Positions 19,800-30,020 of a stretch of DNA of 64,000 nucleotides are shown here, piece after piece. The notes under the pieces were generated by a model that saw only the letters and a program-made list of their open reading frames with translations, did not search any database and was not told the DNA's origin. Made by a program: the position numbers and the translations under genes. Origin of the DNA: Candidatus Paceibacter sp. (GTDB lineage Bacteria > Patescibacteriota > Minisyncoccia > UBA6257 > 02-FULL-45-10c); the NCBI GenBank assembly GCA_020724845.1, contig DYGE01000002.1, forward strand, positions 35,961 through 99,960, in the 5' to 3' direction. Position 1 is the first letter of the stretch, and each line of letters begins with the position of its first letter.

Positions 19800-20738
19800 T
19801 TGCATTATCATATTGTCAATAAGAGCAATAATCTACTTACTAATAAAAACATGACACACCTGACTAAAGCGCTAAGGAAGTTCTTAAGCACTCAATATTT
19901 GAGGGCTTTGAGTTTGGGCGCGGCGTTACTTGCATTTTGTACTAATCTTTTACCATCCTTCATGCGCGCGCGGATAAAAGAAAAATTAGAAATAATTGGA
20001 AAGTTGGATTACAAGCCTAAAAAGATTTACATGGCCATTGATAACCATTGGCAAATACAGCGACTATATGCTTGCTCAAAAGAACCGGAAACAGTTGCCT
20101 GGATAGAGAAATCTATTCAAGCAAATGACGTCTTTTATGACGTTGGCGCCAATGTCGGAGCTTATTCTTTTGTAGCTTGGGCAGCTGCTGCTGGAAAATT
20201 AAAAGTTTATGCTTTTGAGCCAAGTCCTAGCAGCTTCGCGGCTCTTAGTAAGAATATTGTGTTAAATAATTGTAGCGACGTAATCACGCCCTTTAATTTA
20301 GCGTTGGTTGACGAAACAAAATTACTACACTTAAATTATTCGAATATAGAAGCTGGTGCAGCTTCGCATAGCTTAGATAAGGGGATGGGCATGTCTAAGG
20401 GAGAGGCGCAAAGGCAGGTGATTTTGGGGTATGCATTAGATGATTTTGTGAGGAAATTCGATCTAGCGATGCCAAATTATATGAAAATAGATGTTGATGG
20501 GGCTGAGATGATGGTCTTGGGAGGGGCTCATTGCATATTGGCGCACAAGGGTTTAGAATCAATTCTTATTGAGGTAGATAACTTTGGTTCTAACTTTGAG
20601 AAAGTTGATGGATTTTTGATCGAGCACAATTTCAAAAGACTGTCTAAGTTTACAAGGGGGAGGCATGATGGATCTATATTTAATTGTATCTATCAGAGAG
20701 GGAGCGGAGAAATATCTTGCGCGGTATGTAACCAATAG
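19800..20738 (+). CDS. FkbM family methyltransferase
   Basis: YDVGANVGAYSF and ..MKIDVDGAEMMVLGG.. are Methyltransf_21/FkbM hallmarks. An alternative ATG start lies at 19851. Confidence 0.75.
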   Translation: MHYHIVNKSNNLLTNKNMTHLTKALRKFLSTQYLRALSLGAALLAFCTNLLPSFMRARIKEKLEIIGKLDYKPKKIYMAIDNHWQIQRLYACSKEPETVAWIEKSIQANDVFYDVGANVGAYSFVAWAAAAGKLKVYAFEPSPSSFAALSKNIVLNNCSDVITPFNLALVDETKLLHLNYSNIEAGAASHSLDKGMGMSKGEAQRQVILGYALDDFVRKFDLAMPNYMKIDVDGAEMMVLGGAHCILAHKGLESILIEVDNFGSNFEKVDGFLIEHNFKRLSKFTRGRHDGSIFNCIYQRGSGEISCAVCNQ

Positions 20739-20799
20739 TCGATTATAATAGTTTTATTAAGGCAAGAAGATAATATAAGTTGCCAAAAAATATTGATTT

Positions 20800-21867
20800 A
20801 TGGGAAATTTCAAAAATAAGGTCAAAATAGGCGATAGATATGTGGGCGAGGGTGAGCCGACCTATTTTATTGCAGAAATAGGGAATAATCATAATGGTGA
20901 TTACTATTTAGCGAAGAGAACTATTGAGGAGGCTGTTAAGGCTGGCGCGGACGCGGTGAAATTTCAGAAACGTTTTATTGACCAGACTTTTGCCAAGGAG
21001 TTGAGGGAGAAGCCTCAGACAAAGGACCAGGTTTTGGGGAAAACTTATGGAGAATACAGGCAGGCTCTGGAGTTGTCTCTAGATGAATTCAAAAAACTGA
21101 AAAAAGTTGCTCAAGATTTAGGTACTACTTTTTTTGCCACGCCTTTTGACAAAAAGAGCGTGGATTTCCTGGAAGAAGTAGGGGTGGACGTATACAAGAT
21201 TGCATCTTTTGACGCTACTAATCTTCCATTATTAGAATATGTCGCAAAGAAGGGGAAGCCCATGATTCTTTCAACTGGTATGACCTCTCTAGAGGAATTG
21301 GATGAGGCGGTTAAAACGATTGCGCCGCTAAACAACCAACTCGTCATCCTGCATTGCGTTTCTGTGTATCCTACTACAGACGAGAGATTAAATCTCGCAA
21401 CTATACCATTTTTAAGAGAAAGGTATAAACCGATTCCTATTGGGTATTCCGGACATGAAAGGGATTACGCGCCTACCCTTGCGGCTATAGCATTAGGCGC
21501 TAAGTGCGTTGAAAGGCATATCACTCTTGATAAATCTTTGCCTGGGCCGGATCATGCTACAGTCAGCATAGACCATTTAGAATTTAAGCAAATGGTAGAC
21601 GAGGCAAGGAGGATAGAGACTGCGCTTGGTAAGCCAGGAAAACATCTTTTTGAAGAAGAGATGAAGACTAGAGAGAAGCATAGCAAGAGCATAGTTTCCA
21701 AAGTTAAAATTTCTGCCGGTACGCCTATTACTGCCGATATGGTGATCTGCAAAAGCCCTGGTTATGGCCTTAAGCCAAGGAGGTTGCCGGAAGTTATCGG
21801 AAAAAAATTGAAGAAAGATGTTGAGGAGGATACTGTCTTGACGGAGGACCACATTTTATGGGCCTAA
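20800..21867 (+). CDS. neuB: N-acetylneuraminate (nonulosonate) synthase, NeuB family with C-terminal SAF domain
   Basis: YFIAEIGNNHNGDYYLAKRTIEEAVKAGADAVKFQ is the NeuB signature. ..ILHCVSVYPT.. and an antifreeze-like/SAF C-terminus are present. Confidence 0.9.
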   Translation: MGNFKNKVKIGDRYVGEGEPTYFIAEIGNNHNGDYYLAKRTIEEAVKAGADAVKFQKRFIDQTFAKELREKPQTKDQVLGKTYGEYRQALELSLDEFKKLKKVAQDLGTTFFATPFDKKSVDFLEEVGVDVYKIASFDATNLPLLEYVAKKGKPMILSTGMTSLEELDEAVKTIAPLNNQLVILHCVSVYPTTDERLNLATIPFLRERYKPIPIGYSGHERDYAPTLAAIALGAKCVERHITLDKSLPGPDHATVSIDHLEFKQMVDEARRIETALGKPGKHLFEEEMKTREKHSKSIVSKVKISAGTPITADMVICKSPGYGLKPRRLPEVIGKKLKKDVEEDTVLTEDHILWA

Positions 21868-22682
21868 AAAATGATTACTTAAACAACCTATTTAATCTTA
21901 GGGATAAGGTTGCTGTCATTACTGGCGGTAACGGTCAATTAGGCTCTGAGTATGCTAAGGCGTTACTGTCGGTAGGAGCAAGGGTAGTTGTTTTGGATAC
22001 GACTGATGGGATGGGCGAGAGATTGGCAGATGCCGGCGGTTCTTTAATGTATCTACAAACGGATATCACTGATAAGAAAAAAGTTGAAAGAGCTCTAGAG
22101 GCGATAGAAGAAAAGTGGGAAGCTCCGCATATCCTTATTAATAATGCTGCCTTGGATTCTCCGCCCGGAGCCAATCCGGAGGAAAATCGATCATTTGAAA
22201 AATATTCTCTTGAAAGCTGGCAATCTGTTCTGGGTGTGAATCTTACCGGTCCTTTTATCTGTTGCCAGGTGTTTGGTGGTAAGATGGCTGAGCTGGGCAG
22301 GGGGAGTATTATAAATATTTCCTCAACCTATGGGTTAGTTTCTCCTAATCAGGGCGTTTATAAATATCGTGAGGAAAAAGAAGGCGTGCCTTTCGTGAAG
22401 CCAATTTCTTATAGCGCGACTAAGTCGGCAGTCCTTAATTTTACGCGTTATCTGGCAACTTATTGGGCGAAGAAGGGTGTGCGAGTTAACACATTGATTC
22501 CTGGCGGGGTATTTAATGGTCAAGATCAAGAGTTTATAAACGAATACAAAAAACTGGTTCCAATGGGAAGAATGGCGAGGGGGGACGAGTATAATGCCGC
22601 CGTGCTTTTCTTATCCTCCGACGCCTCATCTTATATGACCGGGGCTAGCCTTGTAATTGATGGTGGTTGGACCGCTTGGTAA
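21858..22682 (+). CDS. Short-chain dehydrogenase/reductase (SDR)
   Basis: VAVITGGNGQLGSEYAKAL glycine motif and a YSATK (YxxxK) catalytic motif. Confidence 0.8.
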   Translation: MGLKNDYLNNLFNLRDKVAVITGGNGQLGSEYAKALLSVGARVVVLDTTDGMGERLADAGGSLMYLQTDITDKKKVERALEAIEEKWEAPHILINNAALDSPPGANPEENRSFEKYSLESWQSVLGVNLTGPFICCQVFGGKMAELGRGSIINISSTYGLVSPNQGVYKYREEKEGVPFVKPISYSATKSAVLNFTRYLATYWAKKGVRVNTLIPGGVFNGQDQEFINEYKKLVPMGRMARGDEYNAAVLFLSSDASSYMTGASLVIDGGWTAW

Positions 22683-22695
22683 TTTAATTTAAAAA

Positions 22696-24312
22696 ATGAT
22701 TAATAAGGCGCTTAAAAAAATTTTTTTTAAAGATAAAAAGGCAAATTTCATAAAAAGCTTTATTAATGGCGCGTGGGAAAATGGTGGCTCTGGGGTCGTT
22801 GTTGATGTAAAAGATCCTGCTACCGGAGAATTAGTCTATAAAGTCAAAGATGTTTCCGCGTTCCAAATTAAAAAAGCATTTAAGGCAGCGCATTCCGCTC
22901 AAGAAAAATGGCAATTTGAGGTCAGTATTCCTGAAAAGGAAGATATCTTTCGGCAAACTGCTAAATTTTTAGAAGATTCACGTGGAGATCTCGCTTGGGT
23001 GCAAATTAGAGAAGGGGGCAGGCTTTGGAAGTTTGCTGATGCCGAAGTGCAGGGGGCGCTTAATAGTATTTGGCATTATCATGGCGAGCTATCCAGGGCT
23101 CATGGGGATTTCTCTCGCACTCAGATGAAAGATAAGTTCGCCTTTGGAATCCGCGAACCTTACGGAGTTATTTTAGGGATAACTCCATGGAATTCCACTT
23201 TGGTTTTGCCGAGCAGAAAGGTTTTTGCGTCGCTTGCAGGGGGTAACGCGATCATTTTGAAGGATCCTACTGAAACCCCTTTAGCGGCTTCTTTGCTTTG
23301 CCTTGCCTTTCAAAAAGCCATGCTGCAGGTTCTGGGCAAGGACCGTTATAGAGAGGTTTCTGGTATTTTTCAGGTTCTTCACGGTAAAGGTTCCACGGTC
23401 GGAAAGGCCTTGGTAGAAAAGGGAGACTATGACAAGGTAACCTTTACTGGCTCGCGGAGCGTGGGAAGCTATATCGCGGAAGTTGCCGGGAAAAGAATAA
23501 AGCCAGTTAGCCTAGAGCTAGGTGGGCATGGCGCCATGATTGTTATGGATGATTTTGATATAGATAGAGCTGTTTCAGAGGCCATTGCTGCTAATTGTGG
23601 AGATGCCGGACAGCGATGCGTTGCTCTAAGGGCTGTTTTTGTGCATAAGAAAAAATACGATGAGTTTTTGAATAAATACATCAAGGCGATAAGCGCATTG
23701 AAGATCGGCGACCCTTCCTCTATCAAATCGGATATTCCGCCACTTATAAACAGAGCCGCCCTCGAAGCGGTTATGAAGGACTTAGAGATGGCCAAAAAAG
23801 ATGGCGCTAAGGTGGCATATGGCGGGAAATCACTGAATGAGAGTAGCTGCTTCTTCATGCCAACAGTTCTTACTAAAGTAGATTTGAAAAATTTGGCTAT
23901 GACAAAAGAGATTTTTGCCCCAATACTATCCGTAATTCCATTTGGCAGTGTCAACAGAGAAAAAGCTATTATGGCAGCTGTTAAAATGATGAATGCGTCA
24001 AATTATGGTCTAAGCAACGCGATTTTAACAAACGATATTTCTTTAGCGATGAAGGCTATGGCAAAGGTAAGAACAGGCGTTCTTTACATTGGTAGAGGGA
24101 CCACGGGCGCTGAGGAAGGAAAACTTTTCGGTGGCGTGAAAGATTCCGGCTTTGGTAAGGAAGCGGGCGGCTTGGAAGATTTTACCTATGTTAAACAGGT
24201 TTATATTGACTATCATGGTAAGGCAAGGCTGGCTAATGTTCATCAGGCTAAGATTGTGAGGAAAAGGCTAGCTAATGCTGATCGAAAAACTCGAAGAAGC
24301 AGGCGTAAATAG
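22696..24312 (+). CDS. Aldehyde dehydrogenase family protein
   Basis: ..VTFTGSRSVG.. and ..LELGGHGAMIV.. are ALDH motifs. The catalytic Cys context is ..QRCVALR... Length 538 aa. Confidence 0.75.
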   Translation: MINKALKKIFFKDKKANFIKSFINGAWENGGSGVVVDVKDPATGELVYKVKDVSAFQIKKAFKAAHSAQEKWQFEVSIPEKEDIFRQTAKFLEDSRGDLAWVQIREGGRLWKFADAEVQGALNSIWHYHGELSRAHGDFSRTQMKDKFAFGIREPYGVILGITPWNSTLVLPSRKVFASLAGGNAIILKDPTETPLAASLLCLAFQKAMLQVLGKDRYREVSGIFQVLHGKGSTVGKALVEKGDYDKVTFTGSRSVGSYIAEVAGKRIKPVSLELGGHGAMIVMDDFDIDRAVSEAIAANCGDAGQRCVALRAVFVHKKKYDEFLNKYIKAISALKIGDPSSIKSDIPPLINRAALEAVMKDLEMAKKDGAKVAYGGKSLNESSCFFMPTVLTKVDLKNLAMTKEIFAPILSVIPFGSVNREKAIMAAVKMMNASNYGLSNAILTNDISLAMKAMAKVRTGVLYIGRGTTGAEEGKLFGGVKDSGFGKEAGGLEDFTYVKQVYIDYHGKARLANVHQAKIVRKRLANADRKTRRSRRK

Positions 24313-24364
24313 AAATTTTCTACCTTTTTGAATTATTTCTCGATTATATTAACGAGTTAATATA

Positions 24365-26263
24365 TTGAATATGGAAAGGCTTAATTACGTACCAATATCG
24401 GAGATAAGAAGAGTCAAAGATGGCGTCAAAGATCCTATTTTTTTGAGTCGTATATTAGCGGACATCTTTCGAATTAATACCCTTTATATGATCACTTTTT
24501 CTGGATCAGGACATATCGGCTCTAGCTTTAGCGCGATGGATATTGTCACTCTGCTCTGGACAAAGATAATGAGAAATCCAAATGAGAATAAGGTTGACAG
24601 CGATACCTATTTTTCTTCAAAGGGTCACGATGTGCCGGGTCTTTATGCTTTATTGATGGGATTGGAGAAATTAGATTTTGAATACATTAATAAATTGCGT
24701 AGATTAGATGGTCTTCCTGGACATCCAGACGTTGAAACGCCTTATATTGTAGCTAATACCGGTTCGCTGGGCATGGGAATTTCTAAAGCGCGAGGAATGG
24801 CGATAGCTAATCGCCTGGATAAAAAGAGTGGTCGTTTTTATGTTTTGACTGGAGACGGGGAACTGCAGGAGGGACAAATCTGGGAATCTTTACAGCCTGC
24901 TGCTAATGGTAATTTTTCCGAAGTGACCGTGATCGTTGATCATAATAAAATACAATCGGACTTAGAGGTCAAGAATACCAGCGATTTAGGTGACCTAGAG
25001 GCTAAATTCAAATCATTTGGTTGGGAGGTAGCTCGCTGTGATGGGCATAATCTTGACGCATTAGTCAAAGTTTTCGATCGCTTTAATAAAATTAAAGATC
25101 GCCCGCAGGTTCTTATTGCTGATACCGTAAAAGGTAAAGGAGTGTCATTTATGGAAAAGATGGGCGGAGACGGGCTTTATAAATTCCATAGTGGCGCGCC
25201 GGATTTTGAAACTTACCAAAAGGCTCTAACAGAGATTCTGGCGAGAGTTAATAAGGGCTTAAATGACAGTAACCAACCGCCCATGACGTTGGTTGAAGTT
25301 GGCCTCCCCGAAAAACATTCATTTGTTAATCAGCAAAAACTTGTATCTGCATACAGCGATGAGTTGTTGAAGCTCTCCGAGGAGAACAAAGAATTGGTAG
25401 TCTTAGATGCGGATCTTATGCTAGATTGCGGGCTCATCCCCATGAAAGAAAAATTTCCTGATCGTTATATAGAATCAGGAATAGCCGAGCAGGATATGGT
25501 CTCTGTAGCGGGGGGGCTAGCCCTAAGAGGAAAGTTGCCAGTTGTTCATTCTTTTGCTTGTTTTCTATCTACTCGTCCGAATGAACAAATCTATAATAAT
25601 GCCACAGAAAAGAAAAAGATAATTTATACAGGGACACTGGCTGGGTTGCTCCCCGCTACTCCTGGCCACTCACATCAGTCAGTTAGGGATATTTCTTGTC
25701 TAGCATCGGTGCCTGGTTTGCATATGATACAGCCTAGCAATGAGGCGGAGACCAGAATGGCTATAAGGTGGGCAGTAAATGAAAATCAAGAGAGCACCTA
25801 CTTAAGGATTGTTTCAATAGCTTGCGATAAGTTGTTTGAATTACCTGAGGGATACGAACTTAGTCCTGGTAAGGGCGCGTTACTAAGAGGAGGGCGAGAT
25901 GCCGTGATTATAGGTTATGGGCCTTTAATGCTTGGTGAAGCTGTTAGGGCTAGCGATCTATTGGCAACTAAGGGAAGGTCTTTGGCGGTCATAAATTTGC
26001 CCTGGTTGAATAAAATAGATGAGGAGTGGTTGATGTCAGCAGTTAGAGAATTCAAAACCATATTCACTCTGGACGACCATTATATTGATTTTGGCCAGGG
26101 GATGTTCATAGGAAATGCTCTGTCTAAAATTAAGAGCGACAAGAAAGTTATTAACTTTGGCGTGAGAGAAATACCGAGATCCGGGCATAACGCGGAAGTT
26201 TTAAAATATCATGGGCTCGATTATGAGAGTCTAGCCGAGGAAATATCTAGTCATTTGGGGTAG
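24365..26263 (+). CDS. Transketolase-like TPP enzyme, N- and C-terminal halves fused (632 aa)
   Basis: TPP-binding SGSGHIGSSFSAMDIV ... SSKGHDVPGLYALLMGL...LPGHPD (transketolase-type, not DXS-type). The C-terminal half resembles the pyrimidine-binding domain. It is distinct from the split transketolase at 61589/62937. Confidence 0.7.
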   Translation: MNMERLNYVPISEIRRVKDGVKDPIFLSRILADIFRINTLYMITFSGSGHIGSSFSAMDIVTLLWTKIMRNPNENKVDSDTYFSSKGHDVPGLYALLMGLEKLDFEYINKLRRLDGLPGHPDVETPYIVANTGSLGMGISKARGMAIANRLDKKSGRFYVLTGDGELQEGQIWESLQPAANGNFSEVTVIVDHNKIQSDLEVKNTSDLGDLEAKFKSFGWEVARCDGHNLDALVKVFDRFNKIKDRPQVLIADTVKGKGVSFMEKMGGDGLYKFHSGAPDFETYQKALTEILARVNKGLNDSNQPPMTLVEVGLPEKHSFVNQQKLVSAYSDELLKLSEENKELVVLDADLMLDCGLIPMKEKFPDRYIESGIAEQDMVSVAGGLALRGKLPVVHSFACFLSTRPNEQIYNNATEKKKIIYTGTLAGLLPATPGHSHQSVRDISCLASVPGLHMIQPSNEAETRMAIRWAVNENQESTYLRIVSIACDKLFELPEGYELSPGKGALLRGGRDAVIIGYGPLMLGEAVRASDLLATKGRSLAVINLPWLNKIDEEWLMSAVREFKTIFTLDDHYIDFGQGMFIGNALSKIKSDKKVINFGVREIPRSGHNAEVLKYHGLDYESLAEEISSHLG

Positions 26264-26289
26264 GCATAAGAATGTCCTTATTTTAAAAA

Positions 26290-27612
26290 ATGAAAACGAT
26301 TTTTATAACCAGTTTTCACCCGATTATTTCCCGGAATATTCTTGCTACTTCTCTGATAGATCGCTTGCTAGAGAAGGGGGCTCGTGTTGTTATTCTGACT
26401 TTCAATAAGAAAAAGGAATTTTTTGAAGAAGAATTTTCGCGAGAGAGAGTAATCGTAGAAGGCGCGGAAAAAAAGCTTGCTTGGCGAGATGCTTTCCTGC
26501 GCTACCTTTCGCTGGCGGCGCTGAATACCAATTCACTTGCCATCAAAAGAAAAACAGAAATGCGTGGCAGCGGTTCGTGGCTGGCTTTACTTATCGGCAA
26601 TCAGAAATGGCCAAGAAAACTGGTAAGAAAATTAAATCTGCTCCTTACGCCGAAAAACGCCTTTGCCGATCTTTTTAATCGTTACCAGCCGGACTTGGTA
26701 TTTTCTACTGATGTTCAAAATGAATTTGATGCAAGAATCATTAGGGAATCTAAGTCCAGGAATGTTTTGGCGGTGGGGATGGTCCGCTCTTGGGATAATC
26801 TTGCCGCGAAGGGATTAATCAGAATTGTTCTGGATAAATTAATTGTCCAAAACGAATTTGCTAAAAAAAGCGCGGTTGACCTCCATGGCATACCGGAAGA
26901 AATTATAGAGATTGTCGGCATACCCCATTACGACTTATATTTGACCGGTCAGCGGATGGAAAGAAAAGAGTTTTTCGCTAAGATTGGGGCCGATCCGAAA
27001 AAGAAGTTGGTGATTTTCGCCCCGACCGGGGATCGGTACATAAAGAATAATTCTGTGGATCGGGATATTCTGGAAATTTTGGACAAAAACCTGCCGCCGG
27101 ATTGTCAGATTCTGGTTAGGTTTCCTCCCACCGATACGGTTAGCGGCCTGGATGTGCGTAAAAATGAAGGCCGTATTATTTTTGATCGCCCCAGTACCAG
27201 GTTTAAGACATTGAAAAACACCGAGCTTTCCAAGGTGGATGATGCGCATCTTGCTGATACGCTTTACTGGAGCGACCTGGTTGTTTCCGGCCCCTCTACA
27301 ATTTGCGTTGACGCCGCGTTTTTTGATAAGCCGGTGATCTTAGCCGGTTTTGACGGTTATGAAAGTCGTTCGTATTTACAAAGTGTTAGGCGATACTTTG
27401 ATTATGACCACTTTCAGCCGATACTAAAGAGTGGCGGAGTGAAATTCGCTGAAAACCCGGAAGAATTATTGAAATTCGCAAATGATTATCTTGATAATCC
27501 CGAACTTGATTCTGCCGGAAGATTGAGAATTGTAAATGAGCAATGCTGGAGGGGGGGCGGCCAAGCTACTGAACGTCTGGCAAATGTGCTATTATCCATT
27601 CTAAATGGATAA
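26290..27612 (+). CDS. TagF-like GT-B transferase, paralog 3 of 4
   Basis: KKLVIFAPTGDRY matches the TagF (I/L)YAPT(W)R motif; SDLVVSGPSTICVDAAFFDKPVILAGFDG. Confidence 0.6.
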   Translation: MKTIFITSFHPIISRNILATSLIDRLLEKGARVVILTFNKKKEFFEEEFSRERVIVEGAEKKLAWRDAFLRYLSLAALNTNSLAIKRKTEMRGSGSWLALLIGNQKWPRKLVRKLNLLLTPKNAFADLFNRYQPDLVFSTDVQNEFDARIIRESKSRNVLAVGMVRSWDNLAAKGLIRIVLDKLIVQNEFAKKSAVDLHGIPEEIIEIVGIPHYDLYLTGQRMERKEFFAKIGADPKKKLVIFAPTGDRYIKNNSVDRDILEILDKNLPPDCQILVRFPPTDTVSGLDVRKNEGRIIFDRPSTRFKTLKNTELSKVDDAHLADTLYWSDLVVSGPSTICVDAAFFDKPVILAGFDGYESRSYLQSVRRYFDYDHFQPILKSGGVKFAENPEELLKFANDYLDNPELDSAGRLRIVNEQCWRGGGQATERLANVLLSILNG

Positions 27613-28318
27613 AAAGCTTTCAGTTATCATTCCAGTTTATAACGAGAAAAACACAATACAGAAAGTCATAGAAGCCGTAAGGGGCAGTGGGGCCGGCGGG
27701 CTAGAAAAGGAGATAATAATTGTTGATGATTTCTCTAATGACGGAACGAGGGATCTTCTTAGGGAAATAGAAAATGAAAGCGATTGCAAGGTCTTTTTTC
27801 AGGATAGGAACCGAGGAAAGGGCGCGGCGGTTCGCCGCGGCTTTTCCGAAGTTTCCGGCGACTTTGTCGTGATTCAGGATGCTGATTTGGAATATGACCC
27901 CGCGGAATATGAAACGCTGTTAAAACCACTTTTGGAGGGGCGGGCGGATGTAGTTTACGGGTCCAGATTCATAGGCGGGAAGAATACTTCGCATCGGGCT
28001 TTATTTTTTTGGCATTATCTTGGCAATAGGTTCCTCACTATTTTATCCAATATTTTTACCAACCTTAATTTGACGGACATGGAAACGGGATATAAAGCGT
28101 TCACCAAAGAGGCGCTTTCTAAGATTACTCCAAAGCTTCAGTCGAACCGGTTCGGCATAGAACCGGAAATCACCGCGCAAGTGGCGAAAAATAATCTGCG
28201 CATTTATGAAGTCGGAATATCTTATTTCGGCAGAACCTATGACGAAGGTAAAAAGATAAACTGGAAAGACGGCCTGGCGGCTATTTGGTTTATTTTTAAA
28301 TATAATTTATTCGGATAA
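27605..28318 (+). CDS. GT2 family glycosyltransferase (polyprenol-phosphate hexosyltransferase-like)
   Basis: SVIIPVYNEKNTIQKVIEAV..IIVDDFSNDGT..VIQDADLEYDP is DPM1/ArnC-like. Length 237 aa. Confidence 0.75.
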   Translation: MDKKLSVIIPVYNEKNTIQKVIEAVRGSGAGGLEKEIIIVDDFSNDGTRDLLREIENESDCKVFFQDRNRGKGAAVRRGFSEVSGDFVVIQDADLEYDPAEYETLLKPLLEGRADVVYGSRFIGGKNTSHRALFFWHYLGNRFLTILSNIFTNLNLTDMETGYKAFTKEALSKITPKLQSNRFGIEPEITAQVAKNNLRIYEVGISYFGRTYDEGKKINWKDGLAAIWFIFKYNLFG

Positions 28319-28328
28319 TAAAGGGTTC

Positions 28329-30014
28329 ATGAGCGGAATTTTCACTAAGGCATCTTTATTGCCGGAGCTTCTCAAAAATATTTTTTTGCTGAATTTTGAG
28401 AATATCTACACTTTTCATAATTTGGAAATATTGCTGGAAGCGTCGTTATTTATTTATGTTTCGTTTCTAGCCGGCAATTTGGCATTGAAGGCAGCGGGGA
28501 TACAGTTTTCTTCTAGCGCTAAAAAAGTCGCCTATTCGGTTATGCTCGGTTATGGGATTTTCGGCACCGCGGGGCTTCTCCTGGCGGTGCTCGGCAAATT
28601 TACCGCGCTTAATATCAGACTGGTTTTTATCGCGGTTGCTATTCTTTCGCTCCGAGAAATTTTAACCCATCTGCGTTCTTTGGTTAATTCCAGCTTTTCA
28701 TTCGTAAAATTCAAGATTTATTTTAACCGCTTTTTTAGGGAAAACTTTTTTCTGAAACTTATTGTGGCGGTTTGGTTGATAATCAATTTTGCGGTAGTTT
28801 TCGTTCCAATTACCGGTCACGATACGTTGGATTATCACCTACCATTGATAAAAAGCATATTGGACAAGGGAAGGATTGATTTTTATTTAAGTTCGTCTGG
28901 CTATTTTCCTACAATTTTGAGTGGCACAGTGCCAAGTAAATTTTTACCGCTCCTCGGTGAAATTATTTACACTGCGCCGTTGCTCATTTTCAACAATTTC
29001 AACGAGCCGTTCATATTCCAGCTGCTCCAATACAGCATGCTGATTTTGCTGATTGCCTTACTATACGATTTCCTGCGGGAAAGATTGGAAAATAAATTTT
29101 TAGCCATCGTTGGGGTGTTGCTGACGTTGTCTATTATGGACCTTCAGAGGGAAATAATGCATGGCGGTTATATTGACGTTCTCGCCTTTTTATTCGGAAT
29201 AGCGAGCTCCTTGCTGGTAATTGATAATTGCTGCAGAGAAGAGATGAGTCAAAAAGAGCTTAGCCTATCCGCTTTGATGCTAGGGCTTGCTTTGGGGGTG
29301 AAATATTTAGCTTTGAATTTCGCGGCTATTAATGTTTTGTTCTTAGCGGGCGCGTTTTTATATAAAAGGATTCCTGCTAATGAGGCTATTGAGGGCCTTA
29401 TAAAATACTCATTCATTGCTTTTCTAGTATCCGGGTTTTGGTATCTTAAAAATCTTGTACTCTTCGGAAATCCGGTCCATCCGATGTTCTCTAGCTCTTT
29501 GTTTACGTCGCAGGTAAATATGTTTCTTATGGACAGGACTTCTTTAAATTTCTTCGCCTTTCCTTTTTACCGTTACGGCCAGTGGTTCGTACAGGAGGTG
29601 GAAACTTCCAGCCGGCTGATTATTTTGGGGTACTTTATATTGGCCTATCTGCTGATTTTGCTTTTTGCCGCCTTCCGCCGGAGATTTAATTGCTCGGAAA
29701 TACTCTTATTCGCCTTTGTCCAGCTCTATCTGTTATTTTTATTCGTTACTTCCCACCAGTACCGATTTCTTTTGCCGGCGGTGATTATGCTGGTGCCGCT
29801 TTTGGCATTACTGGCCGATCGCTTGTACAAATTTTTGCAGGAAAGGCTAAGCGAGCGGTTTTATAAAATTTTCTTGAAGTCATCTATCGCGGGACTGAAT
29901 TTGTTTTTTCTTTTTATGCTTCTGGCAAATATTCATTTTTTTCACGTGAAGTTTTTGTACGCGACCGGAATTTATGATCAGGAGGAATACATTTTGGAAA
30001 TTGGAGGGTTTTAA
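28329..30014 (+). CDS. Polytopic membrane protein, candidate GT-C-type glycosyltransferase using a polyprenol-P-sugar donor
   Basis: 561 aa and strongly hydrophobic throughout (12 or more predicted TM segments). It sits immediately downstream of a polyprenol-P-sugar synthase-like GT2, so the function is inferred from context only. Confidence 0.35.
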   Translation: MSGIFTKASLLPELLKNIFLLNFENIYTFHNLEILLEASLFIYVSFLAGNLALKAAGIQFSSSAKKVAYSVMLGYGIFGTAGLLLAVLGKFTALNIRLVFIAVAILSLREILTHLRSLVNSSFSFVKFKIYFNRFFRENFFLKLIVAVWLIINFAVVFVPITGHDTLDYHLPLIKSILDKGRIDFYLSSSGYFPTILSGTVPSKFLPLLGEIIYTAPLLIFNNFNEPFIFQLLQYSMLILLIALLYDFLRERLENKFLAIVGVLLTLSIMDLQREIMHGGYIDVLAFLFGIASSLLVIDNCCREEMSQKELSLSALMLGLALGVKYLALNFAAINVLFLAGAFLYKRIPANEAIEGLIKYSFIAFLVSGFWYLKNLVLFGNPVHPMFSSSLFTSQVNMFLMDRTSLNFFAFPFYRYGQWFVQEVETSSRLIILGYFILAYLLILLFAAFRRRFNCSEILLFAFVQLYLLFLFVTSHQYRFLLPAVIMLVPLLALLADRLYKFLQERLSERFYKIFLKSSIAGLNLFFLFMLLANIHFFHVKFLYATGIYDQEEYILEIGGF

Positions 30015-30020
30015 TGGTAT

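Noticed and set aside
19740-19850. AT-rich region with a tcaagcttgattga palindrome upstream of the FkbM methyltransferase as a specific operator.
   Set aside because: The palindrome is short (14 bp) and there is no second copy or recognisable promoter spacing, so it is left as ordinary divergent/intergenic DNA.
23469-23954. Antisense ORFs of 60-190 aa inside well-supported genes (examples: 23469..23954, 44331..44912, 53133..53699, 48635..48988, 46715..47185).
   Set aside because: They are shadow ORFs on the opposite strand of genes with strong family signatures, and they have no motifs of their own.
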